Positions 19,674 through 28,581 are shown, counted from the first letter of the stretch. The stretch is DNA of 55,607 nt from Acidimicrobiales bacterium (GCA_051011575.1 JBPCTR010000248.1:1-55607); one strand, 5' to 3'. The notes: generated by a model not told the origin, from the letters alone. Made by a program: numbers and translations.

Positions 19674-19862
19674 ATGGCAATGAAAAGCACACCGAAACCA
19701 GAGCGATCCCCCGCTCAGACCCAATTCGTGCTGGTCGTCGATGGCTCGGAGCCCTCGTGGCACCTCGACGATGAAACTCGCGAAATCGGGCGGAAGGGCC
19801 TCGAGCAGGCCCGGGCGGTTCTTCGGTCACGTCAGCCCCGCAGCCTCGACCACGCTGCTTGA
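19674..19862 (+). CDS. Possible small conserved hypothetical protein (62 aa)
   Basis: An intergenic ORF not shadowing another gene. The motif W(H)LDDETREIGRKGLEQARAVL resembles short actinobacterial ORFs I recall (W.LD..TR..GR.G...AR..L). Coding potential is only moderately convincing. Confidence 0.35.
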   Translation: MAMKSTPKPERSPAQTQFVLVVDGSEPSWHLDDETREIGRKGLEQARAVLRSRQPRSLDHAA

Positions 19863-19936
19863 GGTAGCGTCGTCGTCGCGACGTTTCCGCCGCGCGTCTC
19901 GGCATTGGGCCCTCCGGATTTCACCGAGGTCAGGCC

Positions 19937-20473
19937 GTGCCATCCCGCCACCCGCTCCACTCTGCTCATGCCGTTGCCCTTGCGATCGGAATCGTCGTCG
20001 CTGGGTGCTCCTCGGCCTCAGACACCGCACCGGTAGCACACCCGCCGATCGTCGAGTCGGTGGTCGACGGCGACACGATCCGAGTTCGATTCGGCGATCG
20101 CGTCGAAATCGTCCGCCTTCTCGGAATCGACACCCCGGAGTCCGTCGACCCCAACCGACCCGAGCAGTGTTTCGGCGCCGAGGCGACAGGTCGACTGTCC
20201 GACTTGTTGCCGACCGGCAGTGTCGTGCGGATCGAGCGCGATGTCGAGGGTCGCGACCAGTACGGACGACTGCTCGGCTACGTCTTCGCCGCGGAAGCAG
20301 GATTCGTGAACGAGAGGCTTCTCGCTGAAGGGTTCGCCGACCTCTCGATCATCGGTGCCAATCGCAGTTACAGCGGCCCCCTCACCAATGCATACACCGC
20401 CGCCAGAACCTCGGAAAGGGGTCTGTGGCGCACATGTGGTGGTCCTGATGTTCCTCTCGACCCCGCTCGCTGA
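19937..20473 (+). CDS. Thermonuclease (staphylococcal nuclease-like) family lipoprotein
   Basis: Signal plus lipobox (AIGIVVAGC), then VVDGDTIRV......VRLLGIDTPE....P...FG.EA.......L..G..V....D...RDQYGRLLGYVF....NERLLAEGFA, the SNase fold signature. Confidence 0.8.
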   Translation: MPSRHPLHSAHAVALAIGIVVAGCSSASDTAPVAHPPIVESVVDGDTIRVRFGDRVEIVRLLGIDTPESVDPNRPEQCFGAEATGRLSDLLPTGSVVRIERDVEGRDQYGRLLGYVFAAEAGFVNERLLAEGFADLSIIGANRSYSGPLTNAYTAARTSERGLWRTCGGPDVPLDPAR

Positions 20474-20485
20474 CCGGTGGGCGGA

Positions 20486-20872
20486 TCAGTCGGCGACTGC
20501 CGCCACCCAGGCTGCGGCCCACGGATCGGAACGGAAGGCTGGAACCAGCTCGTCGAGCCACCGCTCGTACGACCCCTCGATCTTCAGGTCGCCCGCCATG
20601 AACGCGGTGTCCAGGTCGCGCTCCCCCCGCCACAGCGGGAGTAGCGCCGATTCCTTGGCGGTCACTGTCACGGCGGCAGATTCGCCTCGAGGAAGCCGTC
20701 CGGCCGTCCCGCTTACGGGGCGGGACCCATCGAGATCGATGTGAAACGCGTGCTTGCCATCGTCGGTTTCGGTAACGATCCAGAGCACACGCATGGGGGC
20801 ATGAACGGTGGCAGCGGCCACGGAAGCTCCGTCCACCAGCGCGTCGACCCAGTCCTGGTCGTATCGGGTCAC
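20486..20872 (-). CDS. SCP2 sterol-binding-domain protein
   Basis: The 128-aa product has the C-terminal block AVTVTAKESALLPLWRGERDLDTAFMAGDLKIEG, typical of SCP2 domains. Its GTG start forms GTGA with the mca stop. Confidence 0.7.
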   Translation of the reverse strand: MTRYDQDWVDALVDGASVAAATVHAPMRVLWIVTETDDGKHAFHIDLDGSRPVSGTAGRLPRGESAAVTVTAKESALLPLWRGERDLDTAFMAGDLKIEGSYERWLDELVPAFRSDPWAAAWVAAVAD

Positions 20873-21744
20873 AACGCGACCTCGACCGGCTCGCGGAGAC
20901 CCGCGAACAGATCGTCCTCGAGATCGTCGACAGGCAGGGTCGAGATCGCGAGCTCATAGTCGTCCCACGGATAGACCGACTTCGCGACATCACGAGGGAG
21001 CGGGAACCAGAACTTCTCGTTCGGATCGACTTGGGTCGCGTGCGCAAGAAGCGCGTCGCAGCGGTTGTCCCAGTAGTCCTCCACGTTCACCTTCGCGGTG
21101 ATCAGGTGATCTTCGGACTCGCGTTCGAACCAGCGGTCATCGAAGGGACTTTCGCCGTTGACCTCGAGGCACTTCTCATGAGTCCTCACGATGCGCTCCA
21201 TTGCCCACGCGGTGTAGTACAGCTTCGACGGAGCCCACGGTTCGCCGGCTTCGGGGAACGCTGCGGGGTCACCAGCGGCGTGAAACGCGGGGACCGTGAT
21301 GTCGTTCACCTTCAGGTGGTCGGGATGGAGGTACCCCTGTTGGTGGTCGCTGTAGGTGACGATCACGTGCGGCTTCTGGGTGCGGATGATCCGGACGAGC
21401 TTCTCTACCGCCTCGTCCAGCGGGGCGTTGGCAAAATTGTCCGGGTGTGCGTTTTCGGGCATGTCGGGCATACCGGAGTCGAGGTATCCGAGCATGATGA
21501 CGTCGTCGTAGCCGATGATCTCGGCAGAGCGGTCCAGCTCGGACCTGCGCACGGCCGCAAGATTCTCGCGGACCTCGGGCAGATCCATCGCCGGGTTCAG
21601 GATGTCACCCGCTTCGCCGCCCGTGCAGCACACAAGAACCGATCTGATGCCTTCGTCGTGGTAGCGGGCCACGGTGCCGGCCCCCTTCGACGCTTCGTCG
21701 TCGGGGTGAGCATGCACCGCGAGAAGTCGCAGCGTGGAATTCAT
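20869..21744 (-). CDS. mca: Mycothiol S-conjugate amidase (LmbE/PIG-L deacetylase fold)
   Basis: LRLLAVHAHPDDEASKGAGTVARY....VLVCCTGGEAGDILNPAMDLPEV and HPDH......AGEPW...KLYYT closely follow the Mca sequence as I remember it from mycobacteria. The paralogue MshB is shorter and lacks the C-terminal part. Confidence 0.8.
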   Translation of the reverse strand: MNSTLRLLAVHAHPDDEASKGAGTVARYHDEGIRSVLVCCTGGEAGDILNPAMDLPEVRENLAAVRRSELDRSAEIIGYDDVIMLGYLDSGMPDMPENAHPDNFANAPLDEAVEKLVRIIRTQKPHVIVTYSDHQQGYLHPDHLKVNDITVPAFHAAGDPAAFPEAGEPWAPSKLYYTAWAMERIVRTHEKCLEVNGESPFDDRWFERESEDHLITAKVNVEDYWDNRCDALLAHATQVDPNEKFWFPLPRDVAKSVYPWDDYELAISTLPVDDLEDDLFAGLREPVEVAL

Positions 21745-21807
21745 CTGCCGAACGATATCGGGGTACCTTTGGTACGAGTTGTCGGACCGATCGAAGTAAG
21801 AGTCACT

Positions 21808-22368
21808 GTGTCGAATCCAACCATCAACGATCTCTTCGCGAGCTTCGGTCTCGAGCCGAATGCGTCAAGCCACAAGATCAATGCAGCGTTCCGCGCGCTT
21901 TCGAAACGGGCTCACCCTGATGCCGGCGGATCGCGGGATCATTTCGAGAAGCTGCAGTCGACCCGCGAAATCCTGCTCGGTGCCTCCCGCGGCGACGCCG
22001 GCACGTCCACGACCAACGCCTCGGAGGCGACCGACTACAAAGTCGATCGTCGCACCGAGCCCCGACCACCGATCACGATGCCGACCGAACGCCCCATCTG
22101 GCTTCCCGGCGCCGTGCTCGCCATTCCGGTTGCGGTCGTCGTGGGAGCATTCGCCCTCATCCGCCTCGACCGCACGCTCATCGCGGCGGCGCTCGGAGCA
22201 GCACTCGCCGTCTGGTTTGTCACCACCGTGATCCTTGCTCTGCGATCACAGCACGCGAACAACACGAAGCCCGAGGTTATCTACCGGCCTGCGGAAGAGA
22301 TCATCCAAATGCGTGCCGCTCGCATCCGAGCGGAACAGCAACGGGCACGCCAGAAGACCGAAGTCTGA
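21808..22368 (+). CDS. J-domain (DnaJ-like) membrane protein
   Basis: INDLFASFGLEPNASSHKINAAFRALSKRAHPDAGG contains the HPD motif. Two hydrophobic spans follow (WLPGAVLAIPVAVVVGAFALI, AALGAALAVWFVTTVILAL). GTG 21808 is chosen because the upstream part of the 445-aa ORF is antisense to mca. Confidence 0.6.
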   Translation: MSNPTINDLFASFGLEPNASSHKINAAFRALSKRAHPDAGGSRDHFEKLQSTREILLGASRGDAGTSTTNASEATDYKVDRRTEPRPPITMPTERPIWLPGAVLAIPVAVVVGAFALIRLDRTLIAAALGAALAVWFVTTVILALRSQHANNTKPEVIYRPAEEIIQMRAARIRAEQQRARQKTEV

Positions 22369-22476
22369 GTCTTCCGCCGCGCTTGATCGCGAGCATGTTG
22401 TGCACACGGTTCAGGGGACGGGCCGGTGCTCCTGGGGTCGAAATTTCCATCGAATCCTGACGCGTGTGGGAATTAA

Positions 22477-22520
22477 GTCAACCTTGACGTAGTTTGAGAG
22501 ACCAATAAGTCAACTTTGAC
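22477..22520. promoter_or_regulatory. Two copies of the palindrome GTCAAC(C/T)TTGAC, candidate MarR operator sites upstream of the yceI-like/marR pair
   Basis: TAAGTCAACCTTGAC (core 22477-22488) and TAAGTCAACTTTGAC (core 22509-22520) are 32 bp apart. The second ends 14 nt before ATG 22535 and abuts the AAAGGAG RBS. Confidence 0.4.
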
Positions 22521-22534
22521 TCAAAGGAGTCCCA

Positions 22535-23098
22535 ATGACAACCATCGAATCCACGCACCTCCCCCTCCGTTCCGGAACATGGGCGATCGACACGATCCAC
22601 AGCACGGTCGAGTTCACCGTTCGCCACCTCGGCATCAGCAAGGTGCGCGGTCGGTTCAATTCGTTCGAGGGCGCCGCGTCAATCGGGGCGGCGCTCGACG
22701 ATGTGGCGATCACCGCGTCGATCGACTTGGCGAGCGTCGACACGAACAACCCAGACCGCGACGGACACCTTCGGAGCGCCGACTTCTTTGATGCCGACAA
22801 GAACCCCCGAATGGACTTTCTGAGCAACTCGGTGTCGCAGAACGCGGATGGCGAATTCGTCCTCACCGGCGACCTCACTCTCAACGGCGTGACCAACCCG
22901 ATCAGCCTCGATGTCGAGTTCCACGGCGCCCAGCTCTACCCGATGGACGAGCACATCCACGCGGGCTTCACCGCGACTGGCGCGATCTCACGCAAGGCGT
23001 ACGGCGTGGACTTCGACATCCCCCTCGGAGCTGACAAGATGGCGATCGGCGACAAGGTTGCGATCGAACTCGAGATCCAGCTCGTCGAACCCTCCTGA
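22535..23098 (+). CDS. YceI-family polyisoprenoid-binding protein
   Basis: WAIDTIHSTVEFTVRHLGISKVRGRFNSFEG......DVAITASIDLASVDTNNPDRDGHLRSADFFD....P...F.S is the YceI signature. Confidence 0.85.
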   Translation: MTTIESTHLPLRSGTWAIDTIHSTVEFTVRHLGISKVRGRFNSFEGAASIGAALDDVAITASIDLASVDTNNPDRDGHLRSADFFDADKNPRMDFLSNSVSQNADGEFVLTGDLTLNGVTNPISLDVEFHGAQLYPMDEHIHAGFTATGAISRKAYGVDFDIPLGADKMAIGDKVAIELEIQLVEPS

Positions 23099-23102
23099 GA
23101 CC

Positions 23103-23585
23103 ATGCCTCGCTCCAACGCCCACCCGCCCCGCTGGCTGACCCAAGCCGAGCAACGGGCGTGGTGGGCGTTGCTCGAGGTGGGAGCCGGCTTGTTCGACGT
23201 GGTCACCGCCGACCTGAAGGAATCGTGTGGCCTGACGCTCGAGGACTACGAAGTTCTCCATCTCCTCTCGATCGCCGATGAGCGATCGCTCCGCGTGGGG
23301 GCCCTGGCCGACCAGATGCTCACCAGCCGCACCCGCCTCACACAACGGCTGGATCGACTCGCCGAACGCGGCCTGCTCTCGAAGCAGAGGTGCCCCGAGG
23401 ATGGAAGAGCGGTGAATGTGGTGCTCTCGGATATCGGTTGGAAACTATTGGTCGAGATCGCCCCCGGGCACGTGGAGTCAGTGCGAACCAACGTATTCGA
23501 ACACCTGACCGACGACGACGTGGAAGCGATCGGCACGAGCCTCGACAAGCTGGCTCAACATCTCCATCGGACCCGGAATCCCTAA
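23103..23585 (+). CDS. MarR-family transcriptional regulator
   Basis: Winged-helix block LTLEDYEVLHLLSIADERSLRVGALADQMLTSRTRLTQRLDRLAERGLLSKQRCPEDGRAVNVVLSDIG. ATG 23103 lies 5 nt after the yceI-like stop. Confidence 0.85.
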   Translation: MPRSNAHPPRWLTQAEQRAWWALLEVGAGLFDVVTADLKESCGLTLEDYEVLHLLSIADERSLRVGALADQMLTSRTRLTQRLDRLAERGLLSKQRCPEDGRAVNVVLSDIGWKLLVEIAPGHVESVRTNVFEHLTDDDVEAIGTSLDKLAQHLHRTRNP

Positions 23586-26500
23586 CGGAAATCTCTGGAG
23601 GCGATGGGGGCGGCCATCGAGAACTCGACGAGTTTGTCGGCTATCACGTTGATCACTCCCTCGGCGATCTCAACCCGACCGCGGATGATCAGCGCGATTG
23701 CGCGGAGCGCCACCTGCTGGTGCCTCATCCAGCATCCCTTCGACACGATCACGTTGATGAGGCCGTATTCGTCCTCGAGGTTGAGGAAGGTGGTGCCCGA
23801 GGCCGTGGCGGGACGCTGCCGATGCGTGACCACCCCGGCAATGAGCACCCGACCACCCGACTCCTGATCGCGCAGGCCAGCCGACGGAATCACGCCCAGC
23901 TGATCGAGCTCGTTGCGATGAAAGCGGGTGGGGTGGCCATCGGGCGCCACGCCGGTGGCCCAAAGGTTGGCGAGAGCGATCTCACGATCGCTCATACCCG
24001 GGAGCTTCGGTGACCGGATACCGGTGATGATTCCCTCGAGCCGCGACTCCGACGCCTGCGCCGCAGCCCCGGCAGCCCACAGCGCCGTGCGGCGTTTCGA
24101 CCGCGAACCCCCGGGCCCACCGACCTCGGTCTCGTCGATCAGCGAGTCGAAGGCGCCGGAGGTGGCCAGCGCCTCGAGCACCTCGATGGAACAGCCGGTC
24201 CGACGCTTCACGTCTTCGATCGACGACCACGGCCGCCCGGCGTCGATCGCCTCGGCCAGATCGTCGCCAACGTGGCGGACCGAGCCGATGCCCAACCGCA
24301 CCGCGGGACCACCATCGCCCCACCGATCGGGGGCAACCCCAGCACCCTGGCGGGCCGCCGGATCGACCGCCGGGCCACCGGCCCACTCGAGGGTGGCGCC
24401 GGCCGCCGACAGGTTGATGTGGGGCGTGAGCACCTCCACGCCGTGGCGTTTGGCATCACCGACCAACGTGTGAGGCGAATAGAAGCCCATCGGTTGGGCG
24501 TTGAGCAGCGCAGCACAAAAAGCCGCCGGGTAGTACCGCTTGAGCCACGACGACGCGTACACGAGGTAGGCGAACGACACCGAGTGACTCTCGGGAAAGC
24601 CGTAGTTGGCGAACGCGGCCAGCTTCTCCCAGATCTGATCGGCGATCTCGACCCCGATCCCCCGTTCGGCCATCCCGTCGTAGAGACGAGCCCGCATGCG
24701 CTCCATTCGCTCGCGGCTCCGTTTGGAGCCCATCGCCTGGCGGAGCTGATCAGCCTCGGCGGGCGTGAACCCGGCTACGTCGATCGCCATCTGCATGAGC
24801 TGTTCCTGGAACAGTGGGATGCCGAGCGTTTTTGACAACGACTTCTCGAGCAGAGGATGCAGGTAAGTAACCGGTTCCTTTCCGTTGCGCCGGCGAATGT
24901 AGGGGTGCACCGACCCGCCCTGGATCGGGCCCGGCCGGATAAGCGCCACCTCGACCACCAGGTCGTAGAACGTGCGGGGTTTGAGCCGGGGAAGGGTGGC
25001 CATTTGAGCCCGTGACTCGATCTGGAACACACCGATGGTGTCGGCCCGGCACAACATGTCGTAGACCTCGGGGTCCTGGGGCATGGTGGCCATGTCGATG
25101 TCGATCTCGTGATGCTCAGCGATGAAGTCGATGGCGTAGTGGATGGCCGAGAGCATGCCGAGGCCAAGCAGGTCGAACTTCACGAGACCGGTGGCGGCAC
25201 AGTCGTCCTTGTCCCACTGGAGCACGCTGCGGTTCTCCATGCGGGCCCACTCGACCGGGCACACCTCGACCACGGGTCGGTCACAGATCACCATGCCGCC
25301 CGAGTGGATGCCGAGGTGCCGGGGAGCGTGTTCGAGCTGGGTGGCAAGATCGGCCACATCGGCGGGAAGGTTGTCAGTCTGGGAATGCAAGGTGGTCCAG
25401 CCGTCGAGTTTCTTCGAGAAGGCGTCCTGTTGGCCGGTGGCGTAGCCGAGCGCTTTGGCCATGTCGCGCACCGCCGACTTAGACCGGTAGGTGATCACGT
25501 TCGCCACCTGAGCTGCATGCTCGCGGCCGTACCGCTCATACACGTACTGGATGACCTCTTCCCGACGGTCGGACTCGATGTCGATGTCGATGTCGGGCGG
25601 GCCGTCGCGTTCTGGCGAGAGGAACCGTTCGAACAACAGGCCGAGCGCCACCGCGTCGGCGTTGGTGATGCCCAGGGCGTAACACACCGCCGAGTTCGCA
25701 GCCGAGCCTCTCCCCTGGCAGTAGATGTCGGCCTGTCGACAGAACTCGACGATGTCGGCCACGATCAGGAAATAGCCGGGGAATCCGAGCTCGGCGATCA
25801 AGTCGAGTTCGTGGTCGATCTGGGCATACGCGCCGATCACCATCTCACTGGTTCGAGCGCCGTAGCGGCGACTCGCGCCTCGGGCGGTGAGCTCGCGCAG
25901 CCACGACATCTCGTCGTGATCATCGGGGCAGGGGTACGGCGGCAAATTGGGCGCCACCAACTTGAGGTCGAAAGCGCACTCGGCGGCGATGCGAGTGGCA
26001 GCATCGACCACACCCGGGTAGCGGTCGAACCGACGTTGCTGTTCGTCGCCGGTTCGCAGGTGGGAAGCCGCCGCGGCCGGGAGCCACCCATCGTGTTCTT
26101 CGAGTGAGCGCCGGTGCCCAACGGCAGCGAGGGCGGTGGCGAGCTTGCGATGATGCTGGCCGCCGTATCGGACATCGTTGGTGGCCACCACAGCCAGATC
26201 GCGTTCGATGCCGAGTCGAGCGAGCGCATCGTTGCGGGTGGTGCACAACGGAGTGGCGTGATCCCAGATCTCGACCACCACATTCATGCGCCCGAAGCGG
26301 TCGATCAGGTCGGCGAGCAAGCGCTGAGCGGCGATCGGGCCATCGGCCTCGAGGGCTCGGTTGAGGGGGCCCAGTTGAGTGCCGGTGAGCACCACCCACT
26401 GATCGGCGGCCAGCTCGGCGAGGCGATCGAGGGTGTAGAGAGGTGCCCCCTTCTCCCCCGCCATCTGCCCTTCGCTGATCGCCCGGGCCAGGTTGGCGTA

Positions 26501-26971
26501 GCCGTCGGGACCGCGGGCGAGCACCACGAGGTCGCCGACGTCGGCCACGGTGAGCTCGGCGCCAAAGACAGTGGGCATGCCGTGGGCCCGGGCCGCCTCG
26601 GCGAACCGAACCACCCCGTAGAACCCGTTGCGGTCAGTGAGTGCCAGCGCTTCGAGACCGAGCCGCACGGCCTCTTCGACCAGATCCTCGGGCGATGATG
26701 CCCCGTCGAGGAAGCTGAAATTCGAGTGGCAGTGGAGTTCGGCGTAAGGCGTGGTCGATACGATTCGTTCGACCTCGACGGGAGCCTCGTAGCCCTCCCG
26801 CTTGCGACTCCAGGCCGGACTGTCGCCCCCGGTGAGCACGACACCGCTGACCGGATCGACCCCGGGATCGGGTGCCGCCGCATCCACTTTCCCCCGCGAT
26901 CGCGGCGGGTTTCGATCCGACAGTCGGCGTTCGAACTCCGACCAGGGAACCGGGGGGTTTTTCCCTCCCAT
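23582..26971 (-). CDS. dnaE2: Error-prone DNA polymerase III alpha-subunit paralogue DnaE2 (ImuC)
   Basis: The 1,129-aa product has the PHP domain YAELHCHSNFSFLDGASSPEDLVEEAVRLGLEALALTDRNGFYG and a polIII alpha core. A LexA box lies 18 nt upstream and imuA'-imuB are nearby. Confidence 0.92.
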   Translation of the reverse strand: MGGKNPPVPWSEFERRLSDRNPPRSRGKVDAAAPDPGVDPVSGVVLTGGDSPAWSRKREGYEAPVEVERIVSTTPYAELHCHSNFSFLDGASSPEDLVEEAVRLGLEALALTDRNGFYGVVRFAEAARAHGMPTVFGAELTVADVGDLVVLARGPDGYANLARAISEGQMAGEKGAPLYTLDRLAELAADQWVVLTGTQLGPLNRALEADGPIAAQRLLADLIDRFGRMNVVVEIWDHATPLCTTRNDALARLGIERDLAVVATNDVRYGGQHHRKLATALAAVGHRRSLEEHDGWLPAAAASHLRTGDEQQRRFDRYPGVVDAATRIAAECAFDLKLVAPNLPPYPCPDDHDEMSWLRELTARGASRRYGARTSEMVIGAYAQIDHELDLIAELGFPGYFLIVADIVEFCRQADIYCQGRGSAANSAVCYALGITNADAVALGLLFERFLSPERDGPPDIDIDIESDRREEVIQYVYERYGREHAAQVANVITYRSKSAVRDMAKALGYATGQQDAFSKKLDGWTTLHSQTDNLPADVADLATQLEHAPRHLGIHSGGMVICDRPVVEVCPVEWARMENRSVLQWDKDDCAATGLVKFDLLGLGMLSAIHYAIDFIAEHHEIDIDMATMPQDPEVYDMLCRADTIGVFQIESRAQMATLPRLKPRTFYDLVVEVALIRPGPIQGGSVHPYIRRRNGKEPVTYLHPLLEKSLSKTLGIPLFQEQLMQMAIDVAGFTPAEADQLRQAMGSKRSRERMERMRARLYDGMAERGIGVEIADQIWEKLAAFANYGFPESHSVSFAYLVYASSWLKRYYPAAFCAALLNAQPMGFYSPHTLVGDAKRHGVEVLTPHINLSAAGATLEWAGGPAVDPAARQGAGVAPDRWGDGGPAVRLGIGSVRHVGDDLAEAIDAGRPWSSIEDVKRRTGCSIEVLEALATSGAFDSLIDETEVGGPGGSRSKRRTALWAAGAAAQASESRLEGIITGIRSPKLPGMSDREIALANLWATGVAPDGHPTRFHRNELDQLGVIPSAGLRDQESGGRVLIAGVVTHRQRPATASGTTFLNLEDEYGLINVIVSKGCWMRHQQVALRAIALIIRGRVEIAEGVINVIADKLVEFSMAAPIASRDFR

Positions 26972-26988
26972 GCGACCCGCGAGCGTAA

Positions 26989-27004
26989 TCGAACACCTGT
27001 TCGC
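26989..27004. promoter_or_regulatory. LexA (SOS) box upstream of dnaE2
   Basis: TCGAACACCTGTTCGC matches the actinobacterial/Gram-positive consensus TCGAAC-N4-GTTCGA at 15 of 16 positions. It lies 18 nt upstream of ATG 26971. Confidence 0.7.
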
Positions 27005-27022
27005 TCAGCAACCCCGCCCCCT

Positions 27023-27058
27023 GGGTCTGACCCCTTTTTGTCGAAAGGGGTCAGACCC
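27023..27058. repeat. Palindromic intergenic element, copy 2 (15-bp perfect stem)
   Basis: GGGTCTGACCCCTTT (27023-27037), loop TTGTCG, AAAGGGGTCAGACCC (27044-27058). Same core as at 9216-9279. It sits 23 nt downstream of the stop of the 27082-27807 gene and upstream of the dnaE2 LexA box. Confidence 0.6.
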
Positions 27059-27081
27059 GAGGATTCGACCGACGCTTCGCC

Positions 27082-27807
27082 TTACCCGGCCTTGGGGGTG
27101 AGTGTCACCGTGAGCTCATCGAAGTCGGGGGTTACCTCGGGGTTCGGGTCACGAACGACGTAGTCGGCCACAGCCTCGAGGTCATAGAGCGCACCATTTG
27201 CATCCGCGACCTCACCGATCACCGAATTCAGGTACTTTCCGCGCGGCAGAGGCGTCGAGCCATCGAGGTAAACGATCGGATCGACAAGGCGGGTTGCCTT
27301 GTCGCGCAATGTCGTCATCCCCGTCGCATATGGCGCGGGTAGCGGCCTGCCCTCACCGAAGAACGCGCCGCAGCTGGCATCAAAAAAGTCGAACACTGCC
27401 ATGTCGGTTGAATACACCGAGGTGTATCCAACGTGCCCTCCGGGTGGCGTCTTCACGGTCCACCGGGCGTTTGGACGCTCTTTGGCCAGCATCTTCTTCG
27501 CCGGCGGAGGGGGTCCGGATGGGTCGCGGACTCCACACACGTCGTAGAGGTCACCACTCCAGATCACGACGTACTCCAGAGACTCGCCGGTGGTGTTGTC
27601 GAACACCTTCGCGAGTGGAGCGCGATAGACGTCGGTACCGTCGCCTCTGGTCCGCACGTGTTCCACGAACATGGGCAGCTCGCCGTCGCCATGGGATGCA
27701 CCGGCCGGCGCCACGAACACGAGGGTTGCAATCGCCGCCAGGACGACAGCAACGCCGATCAGTCGAGTGCGAAGCCGCCGCTCCGTCGATTCCTTCATCG
27801 CTTCCAT
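27082..27807 (-). CDS. Hypothetical secreted protein
   Basis: ATG 27805-27807 is preceded by GGAAGGGAATTCA. The signal-like N-terminus RLRTRLIGVAVVLAAIATLVFVAPAGA is followed by a soluble region. No family recognised. Confidence 0.55.
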   Translation of the reverse strand: MEAMKESTERRLRTRLIGVAVVLAAIATLVFVAPAGASHGDGELPMFVEHVRTRGDGTDVYRAPLAKVFDNTTGESLEYVVIWSGDLYDVCGVRDPSGPPPPAKKMLAKERPNARWTVKTPPGGHVGYTSVYSTDMAVFDFFDASCGAFFGEGRPLPAPYATGMTTLRDKATRLVDPIVYLDGSTPLPRGKYLNSVIGEVADANGALYDLEAVADYVVRDPNPEVTPDFDELTVTLTPKAG

Positions 27808-27909
27808 TGAATTCCCTTCCACTCACGCACCCGTTTGGGTACTGGTGGAAGGTTCATCGCTCGAGGTGCGTCAAATCTGTCGACGATCCCCCGATTTCGC
27901 CGATGCAGT

Positions 27910-28581
27910 TCAGGCGAAGTGCGCCACCAGCCAATGGTGGATGTCGGCGGTCTTCTCGAGACGCATCGCACACCAGTCGGCGAACGACGACGTCGACACA
28001 CTCTTCGGAACCTTCTCCTGCCAGCGCACCTGGAAGCCCTTGTGTCGCAACAGGTCGCCTCGAGGGTGATCTTCCGCGTATGGCTTGGGCACCCTCTTGA
28101 GTCCCTCCCCCACGACCTCCGCCTTGGTGGCCTGGACCAGGTCGGCGAGGTCGGCGGCAAACGGTTCACCATCCTCATCGATCGCGGTGCGCCACCGGTC
28201 GAGGTCGCCGATCATCATCCCGCTGGCGAAGCCCACGCCGTCTTCGGGATGAAGACGCACCATCAGCATCGGTGCGGTCTTCTTGTTCGCTCCCTCCCAG
28301 AACCGGAACATCAGATGGTCTTTGTAGGGCGAGGCGTCGGGGTTGAAGCGCACGTCATTGTTGATCGGGGCGATCGACCCGTTGGTTTTGGGTTGGGCCT
28401 CGATACCCGTCGAGATCCGGTCGCCCAGGGCGTCGCCCATTGCCGACACAAACGCCTTTGCCGGAGCGACCACGTCGGCGTCGTAGACCGTCCGGTTGTC
28501 GTCGAACCACATCTTGTTCTTCGTGCCGAGTGTCGTCAGGAAGTCCAGCCCTGTCTTCGGGAATCCGGTGAACTCGGTCAT
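27910..28581 (-). CDS. DUF2461 (TIGR02453) family protein
   Basis: MTEFTGFPKTGLDFLTTLGTKNKMWFDDNRTVYD....INNDVRFNPDASPYKDHL and LKRVPKPYAEDHPRGDLLRHKGF follow the family pattern. ATGA overlap with the upstream gene. Confidence 0.8.
   Translation of the reverse strand: MTEFTGFPKTGLDFLTTLGTKNKMWFDDNRTVYDADVVAPAKAFVSAMGDALGDRISTGIEAQPKTNGSIAPINNDVRFNPDASPYKDHLMFRFWEGANKKTAPMLMVRLHPEDGVGFASGMMIGDLDRWRTAIDEDGEPFAADLADLVQATKAEVVGEGLKRVPKPYAEDHPRGDLLRHKGFQVRWQEKVPKSVSTSSFADWCAMRLEKTADIHHWLVAHFA

Noticed and set aside
21031-21807. First 259 codons of the 445-aa ORF 21031-22368
   Set aside because: This part is antisense to mca and is Val/Gly/Arg/His-rich. The real gene begins at the J-domain (GTG 21808).
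27023-27058. Hairpin considered as a canonical rho-independent terminator
   Set aside because: No U/T tract follows the stem on either strand. An identical element also sits at 9245-9274, where there is no upstream gene to terminate. It is kept as a repeat element with possible U-less terminator activity.
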